DNA of 64,000 bases, from positions 1-64,000 of the forward strand of contig NW_021830450.1 in assembly GCF_006345805.1 (NCBI RefSeq), given 5' to 3'. The notes below the pieces were generated by a model, which was not told the DNA's origin, ran no database searches, and saw only the letters and a program-made list of their open reading frames with translations. The position numbers and the translations under genes were made by a program. Source of the DNA: Octopus sinensis (Eukaryota). Shown here one piece after another: positions 13,675 through 27,374 of the stretch (positions are counted from its first letter, which is position 1; each line of letters begins with the position of its first letter).

Positions 13675-14037
13675 TTTTATCTCTTGTTTCTGTCATTGGA
13701 CTGCGGCCATGCTGGGGCATCGCCTTGAAGCATTTCGTCGAACAAATCGATTCCAGTACTTATTTCAATGTTTGGTACTTACTTCATCGGTGTCTTTTGC
13801 CGAATCGAAAAGCAAACCAATACCGATTGTCTAGCAGTGAGAGGACTGATAAAAACACAACTCCCCTATACATATATAAGACGGGCTTCCATACAGTTTC
13901 CGCCAGCCATATTCACTCACAAAGTATTGGTCAGCTCGGTGTTATAGTAGAAGGCACTTGCCCAGGGCGCTTTGCGTTGGAACTGAACCCGAAACCAAGT
14001 GGTTGCAAAGCGAGTTTCTTAACTACACGGCCATGTC
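13675..14037 (-). mobile_element. tRNA-derived SINE, family A
   Basis: gactgcggccatgctggggcatcgcc...cacttgccc...ggaactgaaccc...ttcttaactacacggccatg. Confidence 0.8.
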
Positions 14038-14109
14038 TGTACTTTTGTTCACTGGTAGTGAACAGCTGACACCGTAGTACATCTCCAGCGTCAGAATCTG
14101 TGCATAGGC

Positions 14110-14167
<58 letters not shown>

Positions 14168-14195
14168 TCGCCAGCGTCAGAATCTGTGCATAGGC

Positions 14196-14226
<31 letters not shown>

Positions 14227-14228
14227 TG

Positions 14229-14292
<64 letters not shown>

Positions 14293-14293
<1 letters not shown>

Positions 14294-14792
14294 TGTCTTG
14301 GTATAAAAGATGGGCTTGTCTTGGTATAAAAGATGGGCTACAGCAAATATTCTGCTCAATACCACAGATTTGCTTGTCAGTTGCTTGACCTTAACCAGTT
14401 GAGCATGTCCCTTAGTGGCTGACGATATGTGCATCTCTGATCACGAGCAGAAGTAGTGGGGGAGCATCATAGCCATGTGTTGAGAAGGATTCTTTGGAGT
14501 TTGAATAGTTCACCTCTGGAAACATGGGTGGTTCTTTCAACATCCTTAAACAACCCTTATTCAGGGACCGTTTGAGCGGGATGGGCTACTCAACCTGAAG
14601 AAAATTCTAACTGGGCCCCACCTGCAAGGTCATGTGCTGTTTATCTTGATATGAGATCACCATGTCGCGCACATATGGTTGTGATGCATGTGCCCGGTGT
14701 ACCTTTATCAGACGGGTAGTCATGATGGGTATACTGGGCTTCGTATATTTTACCCCAGTGTCACTTTGATGGCATGCTCTGCTCGCTCACTC
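14293..14792 (+). mobile_element. (AAT)n-embedded element D, 5'-truncated (probable 3' region of a Dong/R4-type LINE)
   Basis: Highly similar to 54260-54734; ends ...ctcactc followed by (AAT)n. Confidence 0.8.
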
Positions 14793-14847
<55 letters not shown>

Positions 14848-14851
<4 letters not shown>

Positions 14852-15308
14852 TGGGCTACAGCAAATATTCTGCTCAATACCACAGATTTGCTTGTCAGTT
14901 GTTTGACCTTAACCAGTTGAGCATGTCCCTTAGTGGCTGACGGTATGTGCATCTCTGATCATGAGCAGAAGTAGTGGGGGGAGATCATAACCGTGTGTTG
15001 AAAGGAATTCTTGGAATTTTGGATAATTCACCTTTGGAAACATGGGTGGTTCGTTCCACATCCTTAAACAATCCTTATTCAAGGACTTTGAGCGGGATGG
15101 GTTACTCGACCAGAAGAAAATTCTAACTGGGCCCCACCTGCAAGGTCATGCGCTGTTTATCTTGATATGAGATCATCATGTCGCGCACATATGGTTGTGA
15201 TACATGTACCCAGTGTACCCTTATCAGACGGGTAGTCATCATGAGTATACTGGGCTTCGTATATATTACCCCAGAGTCACTTTGATGGCATGCACTGCTC
15301 TCTCACTC
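14848..15308 (+). mobile_element. Element D, second 5'-truncated copy
   Basis: Same 3' end, different 5' truncation, more diverged; flanked by (AAT)n. Confidence 0.8.
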
Positions 15309-15331
15309 AATAATGATGATGATGATGATGA

Positions 15332-16440
15332 TGTTTTCTTTATTGGCCACAATGGCCGAACACGAAACAAAAAGGGACAAATTAAAGTACAACTTAGCAC
15401 AAAATTCATGTATAAAATGGAAAGAAAAATTAACGACAAAATTTAGCCATAAAATTCCCCAAAAGGTGAGGGAAAACTGAGTAGTTCCACGCATCCTAGT
15501 TATCCCTACCGTCAGGGGTACCTCAGCAGGTGCCCCCCCCCCTTCGCAACTCCTCCAGACTTGAAGAGCACTGAATTACCCGCAAACTGTTTCGCCCTCG
15601 AAACATGCTGAATGTTAGGTATTTTGTCTTTCAGTGTACCTTCCACATCTACCTGACTGACCGTCTCCGGCCGCTTTCTGCTTCTACAAACATATTTATA
15701 AAACAACCGTCCTTTTTCTTGTTTCTGCCAACACCATGTGGGGCGGAGGACAATGTCCATCCGCTCTTTACCCAGCCTTATCAATCTAGTTGTTTGAGCC
15801 AAAGAAATATCTTTCTCGATCCGTTTCAGATAGCTCTCTGCTTTAATGTACTGTTGTTATTTACAAGGAAAATATTGTTGCTTTTGTTTTTTTTCTTCCC
15901 TCTATCGTAAGTTTTTCGTTGTAGTAATGGAGGTGGCGGAGTAGGTTGTGGCTATGTTCTTACTCTTGTTGGTGTTGCTGATTGTTGTCTTTGGTCGAAT
16001 TCATCGCGGGGAATTCAACTTAATGCTTCGAACTAATTCTTTGCGCTCTGATGTCGCTGAATCTGCTGCCGCTGTTTGTTGTCTTAGGGGTAAATTGCTC
16101 CTCTGAACTTTGTACTCGTTGGATGCTCCCCTGCCTTTCTATTTGTGGGTAGAAGGCGGAGGGCGCCACCGCATCCTGCACCTCTCCATCACATTTTACT
16201 TCCTCTTCCATGTCTTTAAGTGAGGCTGGCTTCGTCATGTTTATTTTTAAAATAAATGGTTATTTTCTTTTCGGATTTGACCCCCATAAGGCGTACAAAC
16301 AGCAAAACCAACCAAACCTATTCAAAGGTGGTGTTTTTGATAAACGTTTTGTAACAAAATAAGCAATAAACAACTTCTGGAGACAAAAGGAAAAGCAAAA
16401 TCTTAGGAGCAAACAAAAGCGTGCATTCCGTCAGAACAAA
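15332..16440 (-). mobile_element. Tx1/L1-like non-LTR remnant, possibly internally deleted
   Basis: Minus-strand 3' end gtggccAATAAAgaaa, shared with 17500 and 32396; short ORF MTKPASLKDMEEE (16238) preceded by a 5'UTR-like segment abutting (AAC)n. Confidence 0.45.
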
Positions 16441-16454
16441 CAACAACAGTAAAA

Positions 16455-16862
16455 ATGGTTTCAAATTTTAGCACAAGGCCAGCGATTTCGGGGAAAGGGG
16501 CTAAGTCGATTACATCGACCCGAATGATCAACTGGTACTTACATTATCGACCCCAAAAGGAGGAAAGGCTAAATCGACCTCGGCAGAATTTGAACTCAGA
16601 AGTAAAGAGACAAACGAAATGCCGTTATGCATTTTGTTCGACGCGCTTAGGACTTTGTCAGCTTGCCGCCCTTCATAGTTTTAAATTTGGCGCAAGACCT
16701 GCTATTTTTGGTGGGGTGGGGTATAATCGATTTCATCTATCCCAGGGTTCAACTGATGTTTATTTTATCAAGTCAAAAAGAAAGAAAAGCATAGTCGACC
16801 GTACGGGGATTTGAACACCGGACGTAATAAGTCAGAAGAAATATTGCTAAGCATTTTGTCCG
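16455..16862 (-). mobile_element. SINE-like family B, two copies
   Basis: gcacaaggccagc...tcgaccccaaaagg...gacctcggcagaatttgaactcagaa; second unit starts about 16685. Confidence 0.8.
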
Positions 16863-17313
16863 AGAGTGTTGCTTATGGTTGATGGAATGAGAGCAAAAAT
16901 TCATGGAAAACGTTGGAAAATATCATTTTGTCTTTTTGAGTGATCCGCTTCGAAACGTTATTTATGGAGCGAATGCGAACTTTTTTTCTTTTTCTTTTCG
17001 TCAATTTTTGACGCGTTTACCAATTTGATCAGCCGTGTTTCTAATAAACAAACCTTCTCCTGCCTGCCTTCCATAATATGTATCTACAAATAATTGAAGA
17101 CTTGATAATAAATAGCAACTGAGTGTAGAAAAATATCGAAATATTCCGAACTAAAGTGATAACGACTTGGATGAAAGAGAGAGAAAAGAAGGAATAAAGC
17201 TGACGACGTATCTGCCTCATCTGTGTATGATGATATATTGCCGGTCATTAATGGCTATGGACAGTTTACAGGGTGAACAATAAACACACTTAAAATTAAA
17301 AAAATAAAATAAA

Positions 17314-17371
<58 letters not shown>

Positions 17372-17499
17372 GTAATAATAATAATAATAACGATAATAAT
17401 AATAATAACCATAAGTATATTAATAACAACGGGGCTAGTGGTGCTCCGTTGTTGTTACTGATGGTGGTAGTGATGATGATGATGATGACTATATACTGA

Positions 17500-17975
17500 T
17501 GTTTTATTTGCCACAGGGAGTTTGATGAAGGTGACACGCATAACAAGGACAATTTCCAATTTCTGTGATATCTTCATAAAAAACGAAAGGAAGAAAAGAA
17601 GGGAATGAAATGTGTAAGAATACAAAACATGCTTCGAGTTGTTCTGTTCCCCTTATCCATTTTTCGGAAGAGCCCCCCCCCACCATCTTTTGGCCAGTTC
17701 TCTGAGGGAGAATACTTCCTTCTCGACCCTCACTTTTCTTTATACGTGAAATTTGTAAAAAGTAGCGTTACACAGCCCCTTTTTCCCCCAGCAAGGAACA
17801 ATGTCTGCCCTGCTTTGTTGAAAGGTGGGTTGTGGGGCATTTCTCGCCGCGATGGACTCGGATTCGTCCGACTCGTGATAACAGCCGTCCGTCTTTGTGA
17901 TTTAGATATTAAGAGCAGCGATTTTGGGGGAACGCGGTTGGTTGATTGGTTACCTCGACCCAAGTTCTTGGACTG
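17500..17975 (-). mobile_element. Tx1/L1-like 3' fragment
   Basis: Minus-strand frame FYKFHV*RKVRVEKEVFSLRELAKRW resembles L1/Tx1 ORF2 C-termini ending in RW; 3' end next to (GAT)n. Confidence 0.5.
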
Positions 17976-18964
17976 ATACTTATTTTATCGATCTTTCAAA
18001 GAAAACGAAGGCAACAGTAACAACAAAAACAAAGGAAAAATAGTGACGACGACGACGATGATAATGATGATGATGATGATGAGGAGGAGGAGGAGGAGGA
18101 GGAGGAGGAGAAAGAGGATGGAAAAGAAAGATGATGACATCGACGCTGATGATATGAAGAATGTTTTACGGTAATCAAGTGTTTGATTTATATAGACATA
18201 CACACACAAACACAACCTTGCCTTTGCTCGCTATCTCCATATATTTTAAAGAAAACCACTTGAGGTGGTTTCGCCGCTTGATAAGGGCTGTCCATTAACA
18301 GTGGTCGACCGCTGTTCAAACACATGGCTCAAGTGTTCAATATCGTTTCCGTGTGTCGATCTGGTTTATCAGACTGCTTTATAACAATACATTTCACAGA
18401 CGCACGGACGCACGCATACACACAAACACACAAACACACACGCACGCGTGCACATGCTCATACGTATACCCTTACACAAATACTAGCATGCCCACGCAGA
18501 TACGCATGCGCATGTAGATGCATTTACATATATAAAAATATTTGCACAAACACGTTTTCAGATGCATACATATCACGTAACATGAATATACATGTATATA
18601 TATATATATATATAGATGTTTGTCTGTATATATGTGTGCATATTCATGTTACGTAACATATCATGCATGTATGTATGTGTATATACACGCGCGTATGTGT
18701 ATTTATATTTACACACACACACATATTATTTTACATACAACTTCCATTACGTGTCTTTCTAATCATGTCATTTGGTGAGGACAACAACTTTGCCAGCGAA
18801 CCAGATAGGACATTATGGATCAAACTACAACATCCCGATATCCATCATTGAATGGAAACACTGTACACTGCCATGTTTGTGCTTCTTTTGACTCTCTAAG
18901 TTCCACATATTCAAGCCCTTCCTTTTACCTGTCTCCTCTATAATGCTTTCCACATTCATCGTCA

Positions 18965-19350
18965 ACTCCTACTTACATAAACCTTTCGCTCCCTCTATGG
19001 GGCATAGACCTCCGACGATTCTTTTCACTGGTTTCAACACTAGACAGTCTCTTCTGCTTTGGTCCAATTTGATCCCGGCTTCCTTTCTGACCTTGCTGCA
19101 CCCCTATCCAAGTTCTTGTTCATTTGGAATTATCATCGAGGCCTCCTTAACTCCTTAACCTATGCAAAACCATTTTTAACTCTTGCAAAGCTGGTCCATA
19201 TTAGTCTGGCCTCTTTCTTTTGACCTGTCTAGCATGGAAGGCCCTATCAGGAGTTTGCACCCTATCGAGAGCTTTCACTCCTCTGGCCTAGCTTTCAAGG
19301 TTATTGAGGCGCATACGCCACCACACCGCAATAAAGACGCAACGTGTGAT
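18965..19350 (-). mobile_element. RTE-derived bipartite non-autonomous element (5'UTR joined to 3' end)
   Basis: Plus-strand tttgacctgtctagcatggaaggccctatcaggag...gaggcgcatacgccaccacaccgc resembles the reverse of an RTE 5'UTR; left part reads IVGGLCPIEGAKG on the minus strand, followed by a gtaa-like tail. Confidence 0.55.
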
Positions 19351-20849
19351 GAACCGTCAAGTCAACATTCAAAATGAATATTTTTGTCAGGCCACATTAA
19401 ATTTTATTCTGCTACTATAATATTTCTGCATAACGTGGGTGATTCAGCTCTTTCTCTAAACCCCTCTGCACATTCAAATCATTAACATCATTTCGGAAGT
19501 CTAGGCCTATATTTCTTTGTTTTTGCTCGTTCGTCTACGAGGCCTTTTCTCTCCTTCATTGCGGAAATTTCATTTTCATTTTCATACCATTGCTTGCATC
19601 TTCCACATTAGAATCCTTCGATTAGACGTCTCCCATGGCTATGAGATTTATCATGACATTAGAGTATCATTTTTCTGTGAGTAATTAAAACAAGTATTTC
19701 CTTGTCAACCCCAAGTGTCATAAGCTCGTTAACGAGAATAATGTAAAAGTTAGTTGCAGTTGCTTGCAAAATATTGTAACTCAAATATGTCAGCATAAAC
19801 AAGAAACGCATTAACCAATCCCGAATATTCAATCACAGTAAAATCACACCCTACCAATTTAATGGCAAACGACTCACAAATGTTATCGTGTATAGAGCTA
19901 AAGTAATATCCATGGCTGTCAAGGTAAAATACACTCATAAACATGCTTATAAATGATACACTTGGCGGCCGAGAAAGAAAATATATTTCTAGATAAAACC
20001 GAGAGTTGAATCAACAACAAATCTTGTCCACTGACGAAAGCGCAACATCATTCCAATGGGTTTAAAGAGGTGTTAGTAATATCTAACCAAATGATATATT
20101 TTGATCAAATTTTTAAAATGTGAACCCTAAAAAACTAAAGATACACTCCATCTGTATGCAGATGAATATTACAATATATAGAACCCAGTAATTAGTAGGT
20201 ACTTGTTTCAAAGACCTTGAAGGGACGATAGGCAAAGTCGTCGAGTTGTTCCTATCAAGTTAGAATCTAAAGCGCAAAGGAATGTTAATAAGGACCGCGA
20301 TTGTGTTCACTGATCCATTAATTTATCTCTACACCAAATCATTTATTTAGGAAGCAGAATTTGTCAATTTATCAACGAAAAATCGCCTGCAATGAATAAA
20401 AAAAAAAGAACAAATAAATAGAAATAAAATAGCGGCAGAAGAATCTTTGTCATACAAAATGTTTCTTTTAGACATTTTCTTGGCGCGTGAAAGAAAATAT
20501 AAGCAAAAACCAGTACGAAAGTTTTATTGAGGAAATTTGGTCTGAATTCGTCGACGATTAAAACTAATGCTGGATTATTCTAACCAACAATATCCAATAA
20601 ATAAATAGATATACATCGAAGTGAATAAGCTAAAAAGCTAAGAAGGGGAAAAAAGAAACACGAACAAGAAGACATAGATATGACAAGAGGAATCAACCAT
20701 TGTCTGTTTCCTACTGGAAGAATACGACTGCATTGAAAGAAGTTCAATTGTTAGCGTTGATAGGTTGAAGACTCAACGATGTTTTCTCACATAAGATACA
20801 TTAGTTGATAACTCTATGTGTGTGTGTGTGTGCGTTAGAAAGAGATAGA

Positions 20850-20891
<42 letters not shown>

Positions 20892-21253
20892 CTTTTTCAA
20901 TCTTAAGTTTTTTTTTCGTTTTCGCTATCAAAAGTGGATACGTGCAGCACTTTCTATTCAGAAACGTAAATAGCGAAATCGTTTTGAATTTTGTTGTTGT
21001 TGTTGTTCATGCTATTGTTGTTGTTGTGTTGTTGTTGCAGATAACGGTTATGATTGGAAACTGTAATTTACATTTAAAAAATGAGTCGTTTACCTCTTGT
21101 CTGAAGCGTTCTGCTCTTGCTTTACTTAAAATACATATAACAACAATAGCAACAACAATAATAATGTTGATGAGGAAAATAATGATGATACTGCTGCTGA
21201 TGATGATAATAATAATGATGATGACGATGATGATGATGAGGAGGATGATAGTA

Positions 21254-21307
<54 letters not shown>

Positions 21308-21308
<1 letters not shown>

Positions 21309-22272
21309 ATTCCTTGGAGAAGTTACCATTAAAAGGGGGATCTTCTAAGGTGACTAGTTTTCTCCGTTACTATTTATAATTGCATTAATACTCATAACAA
21401 TGACACTTCAGAAAGTTAAGATCGGCTACCGATGTGGGAAGAAAGGCCCATCATTGAACCATCTTCTGTTTATGTAAAAACCTGAAATTGTTTGTCATAT
21501 CTAAAAAATATATAGTTTCCTTAAACAAAAGAGTCCAGAATTATGGAAAGGACATCGGTATACAATTGGGGATTACCAAATGCTCAGTACTTAATATGAA
21601 AAGCCGGAAGAAAGCAGCCTGAAGAGGATTGAGCCCGACGGTAATGGGCATAGATATTTAGGGATTTTGAAGCTGGATGACATTCTACAAAGAGAAATGA
21701 AATTCAAGGTCAGCGAGGCGTATCTAAAAAGGGTGAAAATGGTGTTGAAATCCAATCTGAATGCCAAAAATTTGATTACCGCAATGAATATCTGGACATT
21801 TGCGGTGGTCAGATATAGTGTGTCCACCCTGAAATGGACTAAGGAGGAAATGTTAAGACTGAATAGAAAGACGAGAAAGTTTATGCTGCTGCATGGGGCG
21901 CTACACCCTAAAGCAAACGTAAACAGACTGTATATGAAAAGAAAGAATGGTGGTAGAGGACTAATTAGTATAGACCATTGTATAAGGAGAGAAAGGAGAA
22001 AGGAGAAAGGAGAACGAGCATTTAATAAATAGTGATGAAGACCTTGAAATGAGAATGCATGGACAGTTTGAAAGGAATACACAGGACGTTAAGGATAATA
22101 CAGCATCGTGGGCATGGCTTGAACGAGGTGATTTGAAGCGTACGACCGAAAGCCTGATCCTTGCTGCACAGGCTCTTGCGACCAATTCGGCGAAGTATAA
22201 CATCTATAAAACATCTGAATGTGGAGAATAGAACCCATTTGATAAGTGAATCTGAGAGCCTTGTGCAAAAAG
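21308..22272 (+). pseudogene. R4/Dong-type non-LTR retrotransposon RT-thumb fragment
   Basis: IKRGIF*GD*FSPLLF, LNHLLFM..LKLF, RYLGIL, HGALHPKANVNRLYMKRKNGGRGLIS, MHGQF, SWAWLERGDLKRTTESLILAAQ; stops and frameshifts; (AAT)n on both sides. Confidence 0.9.
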
Positions 22273-22283
22273 TAATAATAATG

Positions 22284-22363
<80 letters not shown>

Positions 22364-22683
22364 GATAACAAGCCGATGTTGACCAGAATCACACCCATCA
22401 GTGGCTACGGAGCTCAAGGCTAAAGGTAGAGAGTGAAGGCTTTATCTTGGCTGTCCAAGATAAGAACTTATTGATCCGGAACTGTCAAGCCAATGTGGTG
22501 AAAATTGTTGTAGACCCAAAGTACCGATCCTGCAACGATGAGATAGAAACAGTGGACCACCTAATCTCTGGGTGTAATGTTTTTGCACATGTAGAGTCCA
22601 AACCAAGACATGACAGAGTTGGCCAATATCTACATTGGCTAATGGTGTAGCCATTATAGAATCAAAACTGCTGACAAATGGTA

Positions 22684-23679
22684 TTAGGTTGTCAAGTATG
22701 AAATTCGTAGAAAAGAAAAAAGTTTGTTAATATTTTATAAACACAAGGAATAGTTTTATTCATCAACGTGTGCCCCCGTATTTTCAATACACGTTTACCG
22801 TTTCAGTGGTATCTTGTCCAGCCCGGAACTGTAAATGCCTGGTAATCTAGAGTCAGTAAAATCTTAGAAGGCCTGTTTTACAGCGTCGTCGGAATTAAAT
22901 TTTTTCCTCTCAAAAAATTATCCAAATTTTGGAAGAAGAGGTAGTCACTGGGAGCACGATCAGGTGAATATGGTGGATGATGGAGAACTTCCAACTCCAA
23001 ATCCTGTAGTTTCGCCAATGCTGAACTTTTACGGTTGTTGGATTGGAACCATTTCTCATCACATGTTATAATTCGATTAAAAAATGATTCATTTTTGTGA
23101 CGAGAAAGTAGCATAATGCAGGCTTCCAAACGTTGCTGTTTCTGATTTTCATTGAGTTCACGTGGAACCCACTTATCCAAATTTTCACTTTACCGATTTG
23201 AACTAGGTGAGTCAATATTGTTTGCTTGCTAACACCAAACAGCAACGGGGACTTTGAGATGGATCTGACTCGATGGTGGCTTTCAGTTCGTCATCATCCA
23301 CCTTTGCTTCTGGTCGACCGCGTTGCTCATTTGTGAAGTTAAAGTTACCAGAACGAAATTTTGAAAACCAATTTGATACTGTCTGCTGTGTAATAACATT
23401 AGAATGAAATATTCCATTAATATTCCGAGATGTTTGTGATGCTGTATTTCCAAGAAAGAACACATATTTCAAAACTGCACGAATTTCCGACTTATCCATC
23501 TCTAAACAGAAATAGCAAAAAAGAAAAGACAATTTATAAATACTTAATAAAGCACAAAATGAAATAGATGTGTCAACTTTCTAACAAAAAATATTGTCAA
23601 AATATAATAATGGCGGAAAATGAGCGGCTGTCAAAGTTTACCATATACCTTACTAAAAAATTCATACTTGATGACCTAA
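22684..23679 (-). mobile_element. Mariner DNA transposon, 996 bp, internally deleted
   Basis: TIRs ttaggttgtcaagtatgaaattcgtag / ctaaaaaattcatacttgatgacctaa; TA at 22682-83 and 23680-81. Confidence 0.95.
22878..23499 (-). pseudogene. Mariner transposase pseudogene
   Basis: MDKSEIR..WFSKFRSG..GRP (HTH), KWVPREL, ITCDEKW, HPPYSPDRAPSDY; frameshifts, and the segment with the second catalytic Asp is missing. Confidence 0.93.
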
Positions 23680-24251
23680 TACAAGCACCACTCTGAGGCT
23701 GTAACTGAGAGAGAAAATGTAACGATTTTTTGGGACTTCCGAGTATGTACAGATCGGACCATCATGGCTAAGAAACCAGATATTGTTGTGAAAGACAAAA
23801 GTAATAAAGTCTGTTTATTGACTGACATGAGCATACTCTATGACCAGAATGTCTCGGGAAAAGTATTTGATAAGTTCAGAAAATATAAAGATCTGCTAAT
23901 CGAAATCGAAAAGATGTGGCATCTCAAGACGGTTACAATACCAGTAATTGTCGGAGCACTTGGAATGATCAAAAAGAACTGAAAATAATTTAAGAATGAT
24001 TTCTGGTTTACCATCCATACAAGAAGTGCAAAAGGTTGTCTTAACTGGTAACTGGTCACATGTATTGGGAAGAGCATCGTCGCTGTGAATTTTCTTTTCT
24101 TTTCCCCTCTTTATTTGTTTATTTTTGTATTTTTTCCTTTTTCTGTCTCCTCCTTTTTCTCTATTACATGACTCTGTAAATGATCAATCTAGTGTGCTAG
24201 TTTTAATGGCCTACCAATGTATACAGTACGTTTCTTTTCCCTAGGTGTCAG

Positions 24252-24322
24252 TAATAATGATAATAATAATAATAATAATAATGTTAATAATGATAATAAT
24301 GATAATAATAATATTAATAATA

Positions 24323-24353
<31 letters not shown>

Positions 24354-24382
24354 TGATAATAATAATAATAATGATAATAATG

Positions 24383-24415
<33 letters not shown>

Positions 24416-24439
24416 TTAATAATAATAATGATAATAATG

Positions 24440-24536
<97 letters not shown>

Positions 24537-24550
24537 TAACAATAATAAAT
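24252..24550. repeat. Long (AAT)n microsatellite
   Basis: Seen directly; follows the Dong 3' end. Confidence 0.95.
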
Positions 24551-25055
24551 ACAACAAGACATTAATAATGTTACAATTTGCAAAAAGAATTTGTCCAAGG
24601 CGTTGCCAAAGGCACCGTATTAGGTCGGTTGACAATAGAGAAGCTTGCAGAGAGGAAATTAAAGGAAATAGTTGTTGAATTTAACGTAAAATTGAGAAGC
24701 AAAGCTGTTTATGAGAACACGACGAGAGTAAAAGAAAGAGGCTGGGAGATTTTTTAAAAAATTCGATTGTTTATGTGAATTTTTTTTTTTGTAAATGTGC
24801 ATTTACTATAAACTCTTATGGTTATGTTATATCAGAGAGAAGTGACGTTGTTTTTGGGGGGTGCTTTTTTGCGAAAAATAAGAAAAAAAACATAACGATG
24901 TAATATAAAACAAAACTTTAACCCCCAGAAGAGAATGTAAGAAAATATATTAAAAAAAATGATGCAATAGAAAATACAAATTAACGAAAGGAAAATACAA
25001 TACCGCCGCCGACACCACCACCACCACCACCACCACCACCACCACCTCTACCATC

Positions 25056-25114
<59 letters not shown>

Positions 25115-25152
25115 TAATGATGATGATAATAATAATAAAAATAATGATGATG

Positions 25153-25195
<43 letters not shown>

Positions 25196-26172
25196 TGATG
25201 ATGATGATGATGATGATGATAACAATAATAATAATAACAACAAAAACAATAATAGAAATTATAATGATGATAAAAAAATAATAATATGTAGTGCGAAATA
25301 TAAAGTTAATGTAACAGAATTAGGGTATAGTAAGAATATAGGAGAGACAGAGTAAAGAAAGAAAAAAAGAAGGAAGTAATGGAAGGAGAGGAAAAAGAAC
25401 GAAAAGAAAGAAGGAAAGAAATGAACAAATGATGAAGGAAATGAAATAAGGAAATAAAAAAATGAAGAAAAATATCAGAAAGAAGAAATGAAAGAAGAAT
25501 GAACGAAAAGAGAAACAGGAAGATTAAGAAAATAAAGAATTACAAATGGAAGAGTGAAGGAAATTATGTTGATGGGAAAGAAGACACAAAGGAAGAAGTA
25601 AATAAGAAATGAAGAGAAAGAGAGGAAGAACAGGTGAATGAAAATAAAGAAAGGAAGCGAGAGAAAGAAGGAACGAAAGTAATAAGTAATGTAACGAAAT
25701 ATCGGAAAACAAAATGGCGGAAAATGGCTAAAATAAAAGAAAAACAACAACAAAATTAAACCAAGGAACAAAAAAAAATAAACATGAAAGAGAAACAATG
25801 AAAGAATGAAAATATAAAAATAAAATAAATAGGATAAAACAATTAAAAGAAACCCCAAAAGTATTAGTAAAAACACAATGGGAGCGAAAGAAGGAATAAA
25901 CCACATGAAAAATGGAATGAAATAAAGAAGGGAAGTGAGGAGGAGGAGGAGGAGGAGGAGGAGGAGGAGGAGGTAGAAGTGGAAAACTGGGCGGAAGGGT
26001 GAGGATGGGGGTTTTAAGGGAAAAAATAAGAGAAATGATTGAAACGATAAAACTAATAAAAAGGTATGTCTGTATGTTATGTGTGTATATGTATATATAT
26101 ATATATATATATATGTGAGTGTGTGTGCATATCTAACTTTTTTCTTTTATCTGTCTCTCTGTATACACACGC

Positions 26173-26203
<31 letters not shown>

Positions 26204-27374
26204 CACGTATATATATATCAGTATTTACTATATATCACAGTATATCATAAATATTCCTCCTTTGTCCATCTGTCTCTCTTTCCTCTTTCTCCCCTTATAT
26301 ATTTACATATATACATAAATGCAAACGGACAGACAGACAGGTAGATACACACACACACAGTTATATGAGGTAGAACAAATGAGATTAAGTGAGGTTCATG
26401 GTCGTTCGCTAGAGTATTTTAGTGCTCCAATAGTGTTGTTCGTCCACATAATATGCAAATAGTAAAAAAAATTGTTAAACATCGACAAAGCAGGGAAGAT
26501 GAATATCATATCATACACACACACACACACACACACACAGAGGAGATAGGGAGTTTATAGAAGACGAGTAGAGAGTGTACACAAAGAGAGAAAGGAAAAG
26601 AAAGAGAAAATAACAGAGACAGAAGCATCGAAAGAAGGATGGATGCGAAGAAGACGTCGATCGAGTTGTAATAATTGTGAGTGCAATTGTATTGTAGTAA
26701 AGATTCATTTGTGCAGATGTTGAACAAAAGTCAAATACTTTGCAAGTCACGTAATGAACTACACTTAACGACAAGTGAATACTCCGGAAATAACTGGAAC
26801 ACCGGAAGTTAAGATACAACGTGCGGATTACTCGAAACGAGATTTGGCGTCGTAGTTTACAAGTTTGTTTTGTAATAGGTGACCAGTGTTCGTGTTGAAG
26901 CTATACTTCTTTGCTTCCAGCCCACAGCATGGTCACTTGACCAACTACAAACTAATGTCTTGATAATGGTAAGTTGACTTTTTATTTTGAAGTCGTGTAT
27001 ACACTTGGTAAGTTGACGTTTTATTTTGAAGTCGTGTATACACTATCAGAAAGAATACGATAAAACTATCAGACGTAATGGCCATGGCCGTAGTGTATTT
27101 GATCATATATCATCTCAGTCTGTGTTGACACTGGGTTAAACAGCTACTACTTCGCGAAAAGCCAACGTGATAATCTCTACATGATTAGAAAAAAAAACAT
27201 TCCAATATTTCGAAATTAAACTCTATTTGACGAACATACTGGATTTCTTTGGAACAACCCTTGGGACTTGTAAGGCTAACCACCAGGTTTCCATGGCGTA
27301 TATATGACTGATATTACAACACTACCCCTGAATGGAACGCCGGTCCGTTGCACGGGTCAAACCAGAAATCTTTC

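Larger units (their letters stand above)
22362..24250 (+). pseudogene. R4/Dong-type 3' fragment (zinc knuckle + REL endonuclease + 3'UTR) interrupted by a mariner
   Basis: RSCNDEIETVDHLISGC, RHDRVGQYLHW, KKPDIVV..KFRKYKDLLIEIEKMW..IPVIVGALG; ends in (AAT)n. Confidence 0.9.

Noticed and set aside
13675-13715. SINE A 3' end resembling half a hammerhead (gtccaatgacagaaacaag on minus)
   Set aside because: No CUGANGA-like strand; resemblance only.
26740-26860. ETS-like accggaagt and actaca motifs suggesting a promoter
   Set aside because: Isolated short motifs with no linked gene.
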